From Octopus vulgaris (lineage: Eukaryota), in assembly GCA_951406725.2 (NCBI GenBank), contig OX597834.1:35464001-35528000 (forward strand): 64,000 nucleotides of DNA. The letters run 5' to 3'. The position numbers were made by a program, and so were the translations under genes. The notes below the pieces were generated by a model. That model was not told where the DNA came from, did no database searches, and was given only the letters and a program-made list of their open reading frames with translations. Shown in pieces: positions 14,364 to 27,528 of this stretch (position 1 is its first letter; each line of letters opens with the position of its first letter).

Positions 14364-14644
14364 TATATATATGTGTGTGTGTGTATATATCCGTTCGGTT
14401 TCATTGTATGTCTCCATTGTCATTTTTTTGTTCCCAACTTTGACCTTCCATAAATCCTGAATTTTATTTTAGAGTTTATGGGAGCAACTGTCTTTGAAGA
14501 CTCACATTGTCGTTGAATGCTTGAAATGAGGAGTAGAGAGACAGCCGTTTACTTGTCTTGTTTTCCATTTTTTTACTCGTTGTTTACATATCTCATGTTA
14601 TTTGCACAGCTGGTGATATCCTGTACCCATATATGCATGTGTGC

Positions 14645-14708
<64 letters not shown>

Positions 14709-15167
14709 AACCTTTACATAAATAAATAACGTGAAATACACGAAGGGACGAACAAAAAGACAAACGGGTCATTCAAAGCCTTCATTCTTCAGTCAGAAAC
14801 TGATCCCTCATCGCAGATTTCGGCTGTTTAATTCTGAGATCCGCTCTGAATCAGCCAGCCACAGAAGGAAAGAATGCAACGCAACAGAGACGAACATGAA
14901 ACGAAAAATCTTTTTTGGAGACAGTAACGGTTAAAAACATGGATGACACAGGCGCCCTACGGCTTAATCCAAACAAGAAAGCTCAAAAAAACACAACAAC
15001 GCGAGGACGTGGAACAAATATAGTATTATTGGACGCTCAGGAAAGAAGGAAAGAAGGAGGGTTTAACGTTTCGAGCGGAGCTCTTCGTCGGAAACATAGG
15101 AGAAGGAAAGATCCAGAGAAGGGAAGACAGAGGAAAAAAATCGCCAACGGTACACACGAGGTCACAC

Positions 15168-15237
<70 letters not shown>

Positions 15238-16359
15238 ATACATTCGTACACATACATACACGCACAAGAGAAACTGTACTAAGAAAAAGTCGACTCTCTA
15301 AATACAACAGGAAGATAAAGTTGTGAATCACTCGCAACTGAGGGTCAGCTCAGATGAAATTACGCTCTTTAACTTCGTGTGCTACAACCACAAACAAACG
15401 AAATGTCACTGAAAGTACGATGTCTAGACTTAGAGAATTTCTGAGATAAAAGCCATTACAAGTATCGATGCCGGTGTAGCTGTGTGCTTAAGAAGGTCAC
15501 TTTGCATTTCATTTCAGTCCCACTGCGTGACACCTTGAGCAAATATCTTTCACTGTAGTCGTGTGAGTGAATTTGGTCGATGGAAACTGTATGGAAGCCG
15601 GTCGTACGTATGTGTATATGTGTGTGTTTGTCTGTGCCTGTGTTTGTCCCCCACCACAGACCCTGCTTGACAACAGGTGTTAGTTTGTTTATGTCCTTCT
15701 CAATTTAGCGTTTTTACGTGGCCACAATGGAAAACCAAATGGTACAAAAACTAAACGTAGACTATGCTCCAGGTATGGGAACGATGGAGAGCGAGAAATC
15801 AAAAGAAGATATACAAAACAACGTCGTACTTAAACTTCAATGGAGACCAGTAGAAATAAAACTCCAATCAATACATTGGCTTTTAATTCCAAAGTAAACA
15901 TCGATAGAAACAGAGATGTGGCTAAGAAGTTCGCTCTGCAATCACGTGGTTTCGGGTTCATTCCTCCTGCGTGGCACCTTGACCTTTTCCTGCTATAGCC
16001 ACCGAGCCTACCAATGCCTTGTGAGCGGTTTTGATCGACAGAAACTGCGTGGAAGCCCATTGTAGAAGGGGCTTCTTTCCCTCAAACTCTTGATTGCATT
16101 TCCTATATACGTTTATGCTTTTTTCCGTTGGCAATGCTTTCTCTGTGTGTACGTAAATGCTTCATACCCACCCGCTAATCGCACTTCATTTTTGAAACTT
16201 CGACGAAGCTATAGGGTGATATACAAGCATTCAACAATAAGAGCATTGTATTTTGTAGCAGAAACAGTTGTAAGCTAACGAAGTTCATGACACAATTTCT
16301 TATTCCCTTGTAATTTAATTTCTTATATGTATGTGTACATATACATACACACATATACG

Positions 16360-16424
<65 letters not shown>

Positions 16425-16533
16425 GCACACACACACAGAAACACACACAATTTGTGTCTGGGGAGAGTCATATTGTTTTAATACCTTATTAACACAATCA
16501 CCGGTTCGATATCCACTCATTTACTTATTTTTT

Positions 16534-16570
16534 CTAGAATTTTCGTTGCGTCTTGCAACCTCTTCAATAG
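16534..16570 (-). ncRNA. Minimal hammerhead-like motif, family 3
   Basis: CUA-UUGAAGA-G-GUUGC-AAGAC-GCAAC-GAAA-AUUC|UAG. The sister copy 3520-3558(-) has a different but pairing stem I (ACCA/UGGU). Truncated copy at ~61690-61710. Confidence 0.6.
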
Positions 16571-17249
16571 CCGTATATAACTATATATATACAATCGTGT
16601 ACTATATAATCAAATATATATAGCTACATATGTTTTATCATCTATAACTATTATGTAGACGTATTTATAAGTATTTATGTATAGTCGTGTATACCGCTTT
16701 TACTTGCGCATAAGCTGCACTCGTGTATAAGTCTAGTTTGTCTGTTAAGAATCAAGTTTGAAATACTTCGACTTATACACGAGTAAATTGACTACTACAC
16801 ATGATAATGTATAGTCATATTGTATTGATAATATATAGTCGTATATTATTATGAGTATATATTATCATACATTGCTGTGTGGGAACCGGCATGTCAAAGA
16901 ATAGACCCAACGTGTCCTCTGCGTGCCGTAAAAGGCGACTAAAAGAGGTTGAGATACGATTTGCGCTCCGATCTTGTAAAATCGTTACCAGGAACAACTA
17001 CCAAAATAGACACGTCATGTTCAATCCTCCGGGAAGGTATCTCGACTGCCTATAAGTCCCGTCGTATGGGGAAACCCCTGGAGGACAAGATGTGTTGGAG
17101 GATCGTCGCCTGAGTGGTGCAAAGATGTCATCCGCCAGGAGTAAGGAATAACGACAAATGGCGGATGTAGCAACGCACTGCAACTGCGCATGCTCCTATA
17201 CCTAATCTTGATCAGTTTGTATTATAGTGTAAATTAAAAAAAAAATTTT

Positions 17250-17600
17250 CTTCTTTAAGCAAGTTCCAAACAAAGCGAGAAACCGCTTAGTGTAAGGAAC
17301 CACGAGGAAGGAGAAATTAAGGCGAAATAAATGAATTTACTTTAGACTTGAAAGAGCTCAGGTCATAAGAAGCAGCCAAAACCCTAAGATGGCATTTGGA
17401 TGAAGATGCTGCGCGTTTTGAGAGTCGAGATGGCATAAAGTGATTTGGGACAAAGAGCAGAAGTTCATCAGAGCACTTCCTGTGGTAATAACGATAGAGA
17501 AAAACTCGACGAGACAAGACACTTGTATCTTTAACATAATTCCCAGATCGAACCAGGATGACACAATATCAAGGCTTGACCAGTGAAATGCAGCTTCAGT
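17250..17600 (-). mobile_element. Jockey/CR1-like LINE 3' remnant
   Basis: FLYRYYHRKCSDELL..VP...SYDLSSFKSKVN on the minus strand. Confidence 0.6.
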
Positions 17601-18570
17601 CAATCGTGTAAGTGGCCGAGTATTCCACAGACATAATTCTCAGTCTGACAGTCTGCAACACGGCTGGACATTTGACTTAAGGGTACAACCCGTACGCTGG
17701 CCTTTTATCCTGTTTCTGTTGCCCTAATTTTTCTCACAAACTACGGGTCAAATAAAATAATACGGGTCAAATCGAGGATATGGAAAGCAATATTTGTCGA
17801 AGATGAGATCGAAACCAATAATTTGTTACGAAGCGAATTAGTGAATCATTCTGTCATATTGCGCCTATATAGAGGGTATACGTCCATCCGTGTGTGTGTG
17901 TGTGTGTTGTGTATCGATGTTGTCTGAAAAGGAAGTGGAGACTGTGGAAGAGTGGTATAAACCATCCGGCAAGATTCCGCACGGTTTCTGTCTACTTAAT
18001 TTCCCCCTATAGGCTTGGATCAACCGGAGGGTGTGTGTGTATATGTGTGTATGTGGTGTGTTTGTGTCTGCGTGAGATGTGCGTGTATATGTGTCTATGT
18101 GTGAGTGAATGTTCATGTGATTGTGTATGTGTGTATATGTGTGTGTGTGTACATATGTGTTTGTGTGTGTGTATAGCTACTCCCCAAATGCCATAAACAT
18201 ACCACGCTCCAATGCAGTATAATGTTCCTAAAACAATAAACAATTCTATCCGAAGGAATAATTATAGAGAAGGAGAGCACTGCTATTATTAGAAACACAC
18301 ACACACATACGCACGTACACACACTGTCTGTCTGTATGTCTGTATGTCTGTCTGTATGTCTGTATGTCTGTCTGTCTGTCTCTCATTCTCATACGCACGC
18401 GCACATACACACCAACATACATATGTACGTGCATACACACATACGTATACATTCATGCATAAATACATACTAACATACACACACACACACTCACTCACAT
18501 CACACATACACACTCACAAACACACACACATACAAACACACACACACACTCACAAACACACATACGCTCA

Positions 18571-18606
<36 letters not shown>

Positions 18607-19254
18607 AACACACACATATAGTCCCCGACACACACACATTTTATATACATTATATGAATGCATTCTTACATATACGTATACACACACATACATATATATA
18701 TACACACACACGTGCATATATACATACATGCACACATAAATGCACATAGATTCATGCACATATGTATACACATACATACGGACAGACAGACATATGTATG
18801 CATATTTTATATGTATATATATATATTATATATATATATATATTATGTGAAATAGAAAGATGAATAATCTTGTAGTAGATTAATCAAAAGTTTAACCGAT
18901 ACCTTAGTAGCAAAAATCACAGCAGTAAAACAGCACGGTTGGAGGTACAACCCTCTTTCGCTCGTTATGGTTATTTAACCCTTGGTCAGCTCAGTTCACG
19001 AAGCAGCTCTATGATCAGAGACGTTCCAGATATATCCAAGCAATGTTTTTTGTTTACTTTGTCAGAGTGGTCAAGAAATTCGTTTTGCAACCACGTGATT
19101 TCGAGTTCAGTCCCACTGTGAGGCCCCTTGAGCAAGCGTCTTCTACCATAGCTTCCCGGCCAACCAATGTCTTGTTAAAGAATTCGATTGACAGAAACTG
19201 TTTGGAAGCCCGTCCAGTATGAGAACAGCCGCCTGGCTGAAACACAAACGAATT

Positions 19255-19293
<39 letters not shown>

Positions 19294-19501
19294 GTGAAAT
19301 AGAAAGATGAATAATCTTGTAGTAGATTAATCAAAAGTTTAACCGATACCTTAGTAGCAAAAATCACAGCAGTAAAACAGCACGGTTGGAGGTACAACCA
19401 TATGGTGTTGCAACCGTGCGTTGGTGCGATAATTGAAATTAGAACATTATTGGTGAATTGAAGAAATGGAGCTGAACGCAGATTGAACAGAAATCGTTTT
19501 A

Positions 19502-19589
19502 TTTCATTCTACACGTGTTTCGAAAGGCACAAATTACAAAATCCGATGGAATAATGGGACCATATTGTGTCTTTCTCTTCAGGAAGAAA
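19502..19589 (-). ncRNA. Type I hammerhead motif with long stem II
   Basis: UUC-CUGAAGA-GAAAGACACAA..UUGUGCCUUUC-GAAAC-ACGU-GUA|GAA; palindromic stem III ACACGUGU. Confidence 0.8.
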
Positions 19590-19871
19590 ATAGGAAATCC
19601 GTTGGAAAAACAAAAACAGAACAGAGGCGGAGCAAAACAAATCGAACTATGCTCCTAAGAGCCCATGGCGAAACTGTTTATCAGTGTATGTTGAGAACCG
19701 GTGGCTGAAGAATTCAACGGGTCAGGCATCGGTCAATCATGTGGGTGAGGGGCGTAGATGGTAATTTGTGGTAATTTGGTAATTTGTGCCTTTCGAAACA
19801 CGTGTAGAATGAAATAAAACGATTTCTGTTCAATCTGCGTTCAGCTCCATTTCTTCAATTCACCAATAATG

Positions 19872-19913
<42 letters not shown>

Positions 19914-20834
19914 GATAAGCTTCTTTCAGTTTCCGTCTACCAAATCCACTCACAAGGCTTTGGTCGCCCCGAGGCTACAGTAGACACCGGCCCAAGATGC
20001 TATGCAGTGGGACTGAACCCGGAACAATGTGGTTGGGAAGCAAGCTTCCCATTTAATGTGTGTCTTCGTGTTTGCCCCTTCCCCAACCACCACTGGACAA
20101 CCGGTGCTGGCTGGTTTACATCCCATAAATCTAGCGGTTTCGATAAAAGAGACTATTAAAATAAATACCAGATTTTTTAAAAAGAGTCCTCGACTAAAAC
20201 CCTTCAAGGTAGTGCTCCTTTATGGCCATACTCCAATGACTGGAGCAAGTAACAGGTAAAAAACAAAAAAAAAATATACGAAACTCATTATCTAGTGTGT
20301 CCTCTTTTGTTTTTTAGATAACCAGGGTGTGGTTCGATCTAGATTTGGCTGCTCTTTCTAGCATGTCATAGCTCCTACATACGAGGGCTGCCTTCCTCTT
20401 TATCTTGCACAAACGTTAAGTGGTTATTACGAGAGTGAGTTTGGAAGGCCTTTAAGCAAAGATCTTATGACACCCCGTTTTTTAAATTTTTTTATTTGCT
20501 CTGTCTCCCCCGCTTCAACCCACCCTCTGTCTTGCTCTAAGGTCTCTCCTACCCTCAACTCTGCGGAATTGGGTAAAGAAAAAAGAAAGGAAAAAAAAAG
20601 TAGGTCTATGTCTGTGTGTCTGCCTGTTTTGCGTGGCATTTTCTTTCAGCATTTTCGGCTGATGTTTTTAAGTTCACTGGAATATTTACGCACACACACA
20701 CACACTAGTACATACACATACACTCTGGTACATACACACACACACATTGGTACATACACACACACTGGTACATACACACACACACACACACGCTGGTACA
20801 TACACGCACACACACGTATTCATGCACACGCACG

Positions 20835-20893
<59 letters not shown>

Positions 20894-21584
20894 TATATAT
20901 AGGCTGCGAGATGTATTTGAGGGCATATTTGGGAATTTACTGTCACAACTCTCATTTAGTAAGAACCAAATGTCTTTCAATGAAAATTTCTACACGTTTT
21001 GATAAGCTTTCTTAAAAAATCTTTTCCGTTTGGCTGTCAGCATTTCAAAAATTAAATTTTATTAAAAATTTTAAAATTTGGTACATTAATGTACTTTTCC
21101 AAGCTGAATTGCTGGAGTTGTTTCACTTTTTCCTGAAAAATGTTTTTAAAAAGTTATAGAGGTTTAAAGTTTGATAATTTTCACCCAATCAGGAAACAGC
21201 ATTTGGGAGCTGTCATTTTGTGCGTGACAGCACATTTTGTTGTCAACATCCTGAAAATAGCACGTGTTGTCAATATTTGTATCCTACACGCGGAAAGCAA
21301 ATAAATAACACACGTCCTTTGTAGTTTGAAGCATTCAATGTGCATTTAATGTGATAGCACGAACTTAAAAGATTTATCTATTAACAAAATAGAAAATTAT
21401 AAATTAGCTATTTAAAAATAAAAAACAAACATTTTGTTGACCAGTTCATTGAACACGAAAATTAGAAATGCATTCAACCAATTTCTCAAACAAATCATAA
21501 ATTCACGTGCCCAATTGTCCACAGATAGGTAAAACAAGTGGTTTCAATACGCGCTTTCTCGCAGACAAGAGTTCTCATGTTCCA

Positions 21585-22465
21585 CTTGTTATGGTCTTCA
21601 TTACTCACTACTCCTTAAACCAGTGGTTCCCAAACTTATTCAGGTTGCTGCCTCCTTGGCACTTGAGCCACATTCCTAGCCCACCACCCACTCACAACCA
21701 CAAACGTAGAATGCTTTCTGCAGCAAATTCAAAACAACTATATTTCACTAATAAAAATTAACCTAATTAACACATTATGGTTTATAGTAAACCATCCCAT
21801 TTTGGCCACCCCATTACCACCCCCACGGGATTTTCCCACTTCCTCCAGGGGAAAGTACCGCCCACTTTGGGAACTACTGCCTTAAACCATTACAGTTGCT
21901 GGAACCTTAGTGTGCATCACTCTAGAGACACCAGAAGGATCTGTGTATAATCATTTTTCCAACTAGAGTTTTGGTCTTGGTTGAAGTTTTTTTCTCATCA
22001 GAGAACAGCCAAAGTAGGTCATGCTCGTGAGGGGTTTTAGCCATGTTAAGCAACAGCTCAGCACGGATCAAATGGGTTTCCTGTCTCTTTGCAGACATAA
22101 ATTGACCTCTTCTCAGTGCACACGATTTGTACCAAATGTCCTCGTACGCTGCAGTTCTAATAGTTATGTGTCGGAATGGACTCTCTTCGACACCTGAAGT
22201 TCTTTGGCGATGGTCTTTATTGATTTTTCCGGGATCATCACTGATGATGCTCTGAACGTATTGGACGAACGGCGATGTCCTTATAGTGTCCGCACGGTTA
22301 GAATGCTTATTTTCTTTGATGCAGTTGAAACATCCACTCTAGAGGCTTCCAATTCCATCCGAACTTGGAGTACAAAAATTCCTTGCGATAGCAATTTCTA
22401 AATTCTTGTTTTCTACACTTATGGTAACAATGACTGCATTTCTTTCCAATTCTTGTGTTAGCGTT
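21585..22465 (-). mobile_element. Tc1/mariner transposase remnant
   Basis: Minus-strand fragments DDPGKSIKTIAKELQVS (HTH), RRGQFMS, WLFSDEK and HTKVPATVMV, continuing as GVVSNE on the far side of the nested MITE. Confidence 0.8.
21621..21879. mobile_element. hAT (Charlie-like) MITE nested in the transposase remnant
   Basis: TIRs CAGTGGTTCCCAAA / TTTGGGAACTACTG; exact 8-bp TSD CCTTAAAC at 21613-21620 and 21880-21887. Confidence 0.92.
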
Positions 22466-22556
22466 TTATCTGCTTTGGAGCGTGTGTGTGTGTGTGTGTG
22501 TGTGTGTCTGAAAGAAATGAAAAAAACATTGTAATTGGTTTGAAGAGAGTAATATA

Positions 22557-22617
<61 letters not shown>

Positions 22618-22666
22618 AATATTAAATTTCTAAATATCTCATAGAGATATGTACGGTGGTGAGGCG

Positions 22667-22933
22667 ATAGAATGGTTGTATACTGTCAATTTAACGTGAC
22701 AGTAGGGGATTACACCACCGCTGTTTAGCCCTAGGAAGCATCGACGCTTCCTGATGGCTTCGACACATTCTTTTCCTGTATCCTTATATATTTACGAAGG
22801 GGAGACAAATATATAAGGACACAGGAAAAAAATGTGTCGAAGCCATCAGGAAGCGTCGATGCTTCCTAGGGCTAAACAGCGGTGGTGTAATCCCCTACTG
22901 TCACGTTAAATTGACAGTATACAACCATTCTAT
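22667..22933. repeat. 127-bp-arm palindrome with 13-nt spacer
   Basis: 22667-22793 is the reverse complement of 22807-22933 with about 2 mismatches. Confidence 0.95.
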
Positions 22934-23716
22934 ATATATATATATATATATATATGGTTGCTTTAGAGTAGTCTTAAACTCGTTGGTTCGCCATCTCGGG
23001 TAAATCTATGTCCTCGTACGTTGTCACTCGGTAGGTGTTGATTCTGGATTGAGTGCATCTGTCCATTGACATCCTTTGTTTTGTATAGCTGGGTTTTCTA
23101 GCAAATCTTCTCACCAGACTAGCCTGGTTAGGTGTGTGTGTGTGGATGGTGGTGCGAGTGCTGATTTACTGTGCCATCCTCATCATGTTCATGATCCTCC
23201 TCTTCCTCTTTCTTTCTTTCTTTCTTTCTTTCTATTCGAAATATAAAAAATCCTTTACGAATTTAATGAAAACCAACTTCGGAAAAAACAACAATAAAAA
23301 ACAAAAAGACAAACAAAAAAACAAACAAACAAAAACACGAAAAATCTAAAAACAATTCTGAAACGAAATTAAATTGAAAAATATAATTAAAAAATTCAGA
23401 GCCGGAAAAAGACCCCCCCCCCCCCAACAAAGACAAGAACAATAAGAAACGTCGAACTTGTTCTTGTGTGTGTGTCTATATGTGCGTGACTGCGTATGAC
23501 TGTGTGACTGCGAGCGTATGTATGTGTGTGTGATTGTGTGTGTGTGTGTTCGTTTCTATCAGCTGATTCCTCACATGACGTTGCTAATCAATGCAGGTGC
23601 TAATGTGTTTCGCGTGACCCTTCAGTTCCTTCACCACGTGACATGCCATTTATGGGAATCGAACAAACACACCTTTTACAGATAAACAATATATCAAGTA
23701 TACACACACACACACA

Positions 23717-23764
<48 letters not shown>

Positions 23765-23789
23765 TATTATGTATATAGTGTTAGGTGTG

Positions 23790-23835
<46 letters not shown>

Positions 23836-24141
23836 GTGTGTAAGATAAAAAGAAAATAGCATCTCCTAACCCAGTCTGAATCACCAGCATCGCCGCCGCC
23901 GCCACCACCCATCCCACCCCACCTCAACCCGACCCCGCCATGGCCACTCCAAAGAGCCGTTCCCATCAGCATTGACACCGACATCAATAATAAGATCGCC
24001 GCTAACATCATCATCATCATCGACGTCCTCCTTTCCCTCCTCCTCCTCCTCCTCATCATCATCATCAACATCATCATCATCATCATCACCACCACCACCA
24101 CCACCACCATCATCATCATTATCACCATCATCATCATCATC

Positions 24142-24172
<31 letters not shown>

Positions 24173-24224
24173 CCATCACCACCATCATCATCATCATCAT
24201 CATCCTCATCATTATCACCACCGG

Positions 24225-24268
<44 letters not shown>

Positions 24269-24496
24269 CCGTCGTCTTCATCGTCGCCGTCCTTCTCCTC
24301 CTCCTCATCGCCACCACCATCGTTAACGCCACCATTACTAACTACATCGTCACCATCATCAACTCCACTACTACGAACATCACCACCGACACCACCACCA
24401 CCACCACCACCACCGTCACTACCACCATCACCCACACCACCACCGACATCACTGTCATCATCACCACCAAGCCCATCACCACCCTCCGCCTCATCA

Positions 24497-24579
24497 TCAT
24501 CGTTGCAAAGGAACTTCTTTGTGGTCATTCGAAATGCTAGAAATAAAAGCCAAATTTCTATCGAAATACACCTTACAAC
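24497..24579 (-). CDS. Candidate terminal coding exon (unidentified)
   Basis: Minus-strand acceptor cctttcatttttgcag; phase-1 reading CKVYFDRNLAFISSISNDHKEVPLQR*, followed by a GAT/GGT tract. Confidence 0.3.
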
Positions 24580-24688
24580 CTGCAAAAATGAAAGGACACC
24601 TGCATGAAGGGAGGAAATAGAGAATTTTGGGTATCGTGAAACATGTGGAGGGGGTAAGGTTTTTCAGAAATGGACTGATAAATTAGGG

Positions 24689-24738
<50 letters not shown>

Positions 24739-24902
24739 CATCCATCCATCCATCCATCCATCCATCCATCCATCCATCCATCCATCCATCTATCTGTCCG
24801 TCCGTCCGTCCGTCCGTCCGTCCGTCCGTCCGTCCGTCCGTCCGTCCGTCCGTCTGTCTGTCTGTCTGTCTGTCTGTCTGCCTGCCTGCCTGCCTGCCTG
24901 CC

Positions 24903-24945
<43 letters not shown>

Positions 24946-25091
24946 GTCTGTCTGTCTGTCTGCATAAAGTCACGTAATTTCAGACTCACATCGACAGGGT
25001 GGCAGCTTGGGCAAGTGTCTTCTATTATAATCTCTGGTTTGACCAATGCCTTGTGAGTGAATTTGTTAGATGGAAACTGTGTGGAATCTCG

Positions 25092-25145
<54 letters not shown>

Positions 25146-25637
25146 TCCATGTATATGCCATGTGTGTATATATATATGTGTATATAACTAATGTAGGATA
25201 AAATTTTTTCTGGGAAAACATTTTTATCAATGGCCAGCAAATCAAAAAATACCCTTAAAGGTTAAATTTATAAACAATTTACAAGATAAGGGCAAAAGAA
25301 AAATTCTAATGCCAAATATGCCGAAAAAAAGACAAAAATTGTCAATAACCATATATATATATATATATGCCATGTATGCATATATATATATATAAAACAC
25401 GTGTGTTTCTCTGTTGTGTTTGCCCCGTCATCGCTTGACAGCCGGTGCTGGTTTGCTTACATCCTCCGTAACTTAGTGGTTCGGAAAAAGACAGACAAAA
25501 TCAGTGCCAGATTTACAAGAGCTAAATACCGAGTCGGTTTGTTCGACTAAACATTTTACATCGGTACTCCAGCGTGGCCGCAGTCGCATAACTTAAACAA
25601 GCAAAATAATAAAAGATGAGCGCACAACATCGCTCTA

Positions 25638-25719
25638 TTTATGAGTTAGCAAAGCTACCATTGGTTTCATGCTGTGAATTCTCTACATAAAACCAATGGT
25701 AGTCTTGCTAACCCACAAA
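25638..25719 (-). ncRNA. Candidate pri-miRNA-like hairpin
   Basis: On the minus strand, a 34-position stem (4 G-U, 1 mismatch) with a 14-nt loop in otherwise unique sequence. Confidence 0.4.
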
Positions 25720-26228
25720 GGAATGTGTGTGTGTGTGTGTGTGTGTGTGTATCAGTATGTATATATTTGTGTAAGTGTATGTGTATGTGTGTATGCATGT
25801 GTTTGTGTGCTATGTGTGTATCTTTTATGTGTGTGTGTGTGTGTAACGAATTTTCCTTCCTGTTTTATTTCTTGTTATCTCTGATGAGGCTTCTAATTAT
25901 TTCTAATGAAGGCTAATTAGTTGTTGAACCCTTTTGGGAGTTAGACTTTGATATGACTTGAGAAGCTGATGTGAGTTTTATTACCACACACACAAAACAC
26001 ACACACACACATGCACACGCACCCGCGCGCAAATATACACATACATGCAAACATACGCCAACACACATGCAGAGAATAACATAGACAGACAGACAGACAC
26101 ACACACATACACAGAACGACACACATGCAATCACACGCACACTCATACACATGCACGCACGTACGCACGCATATTCTGTCAGTCATGAAGTTTGGGTTGA
26201 TCCAAAATTACGATACTACAAGGTTAGT

Positions 26229-26293
<65 letters not shown>

Positions 26294-26578
26294 TATATAT
26301 ATACACACACAGAGACACACACGAAGTGGTGCTAAAAAGGTCCTGGTTTGGGGCTTAAAAAATACTGGAGGCTCAGTTAATTATGATTTAATTCAACATA
26401 CTCACCCCTCCGACTCACACACTTATTGCAGTGGCCCTTCAATTTTTCTAAGCTCTGTAAAAGAACTCAGAAGGTTGGGCCTCCAAGCAGGCTTTTCCCG
26501 ATACTCTTAAAGCCAGGAATATATATACGCCATGTTGAGCCGCCGAAAACTATAAGTTTTTTTTTATTCTCTCTCTTC

Positions 26579-26828
26579 CTTTCTGTTGAAGAGCGTAGGC
26601 TCGAAACGTAAAAGACTTTTTCATTTTCCCGAGCGTCAAACTAATACACTTGCTTGTTGTTCATACACCTGTCTTCGTTTTTCTATAAATTTTTCAACTA
26701 TATATATATCGCCATGTTGATTCGCTAACCTCTGCACGCATTTTTTTCTCTCCTTTTTTCTCTCCTTCTTTCTGTGTTTTTTCTCTGTGTATCTTTCTGT
26801 TGAAGAGCGTAGGCTCGAAACGTTAAAG
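26579..26828 (+). ncRNA. Two tandem minimal hammerhead-like motifs, family 2 (26579-26614 and 26793-26828)
   Basis: CUUU-CUGUUGA-A-GAGC-GUAG-GCUC-GAAAC-GU(A/U)|AAAG in two head-to-tail ~200-bp units; third copy at 54385-54420(-). Core differs from the canonical CUGANGA. Confidence 0.6.
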
Positions 26829-26957
26829 ACTTGTTTTATTTATATTTCCTGAGCGCCATACTAATACAATTGTTTGTTTGTATTCCACCTGCCTTCGTCT
26901 TTTGTTTATTTCCGTAAACCTGCCTTCGTCTTTTGTCTATTTTCATAAAGCTTCCCG

Positions 26958-26992
<35 letters not shown>

Positions 26993-26995
<3 letters not shown>

Positions 26996-27528
26996 TATTA
27001 TAAATTTGAGTGATGTTTCTCTGTCCGTTACGTTTTTATGTTCATTAACTCCTCTTAGACCGTTGGAGCAAGGACAATGAAACTCAAACCAGAAACTCCC
27101 TTAATCCCAGGGGTTGTCCTCGGGAAAGAGGACGGAGGGGGTGGGGCTAATTGGTACCCCACTGCCCCTTATTTTGACTGCATTTTAAACTAAATACATG
27201 GCATTGGCGAACAAATTGGAGCAATGACAATGAATTTCATACCATGAACTCCAACGGAGTATCGCAAAGAGGTTCAATTTCCGAAGGGCCGCTTAAATGG
27301 GGTCCCACTGACCTCTCACTATTTTTTCTGCATTTACCTCGATCGTACGCTTATTGATTAGACTATGATCAGCATTAGTGCTTAGCACATTTGCAGAAAT
27401 AAGTTTGGGCATTACATTACACGAGAGTAGAGGGCTGCGAAGTGGTCCGATAGTGGGGCCTAAGGCATCAAAGGTGCGCTCCGCAGGAGCTAGCCTGAAT
27501 GCCGCTCGAAGGGCGGCTTCAAGGCTAG
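26993..27528 (+). mobile_element. Non-autonomous Helitron
   Basis: 5' A|TC at the end of a (TA)n tract; 3' hairpin GCCGCTCGAAGGGCGGC (27501-27517) followed by CTAG|T; no TSD. Confidence 0.8.

Noticed and set aside
14765-14800. CTGAAGA..GAA hammerhead-like string on the minus strand; also CTGATGAGG at ~25881 and CTAATGAAG..AAAACGTA at ~59199
   Set aside because: Stem II and/or the GAAA-stem III-UH part cannot be formed.
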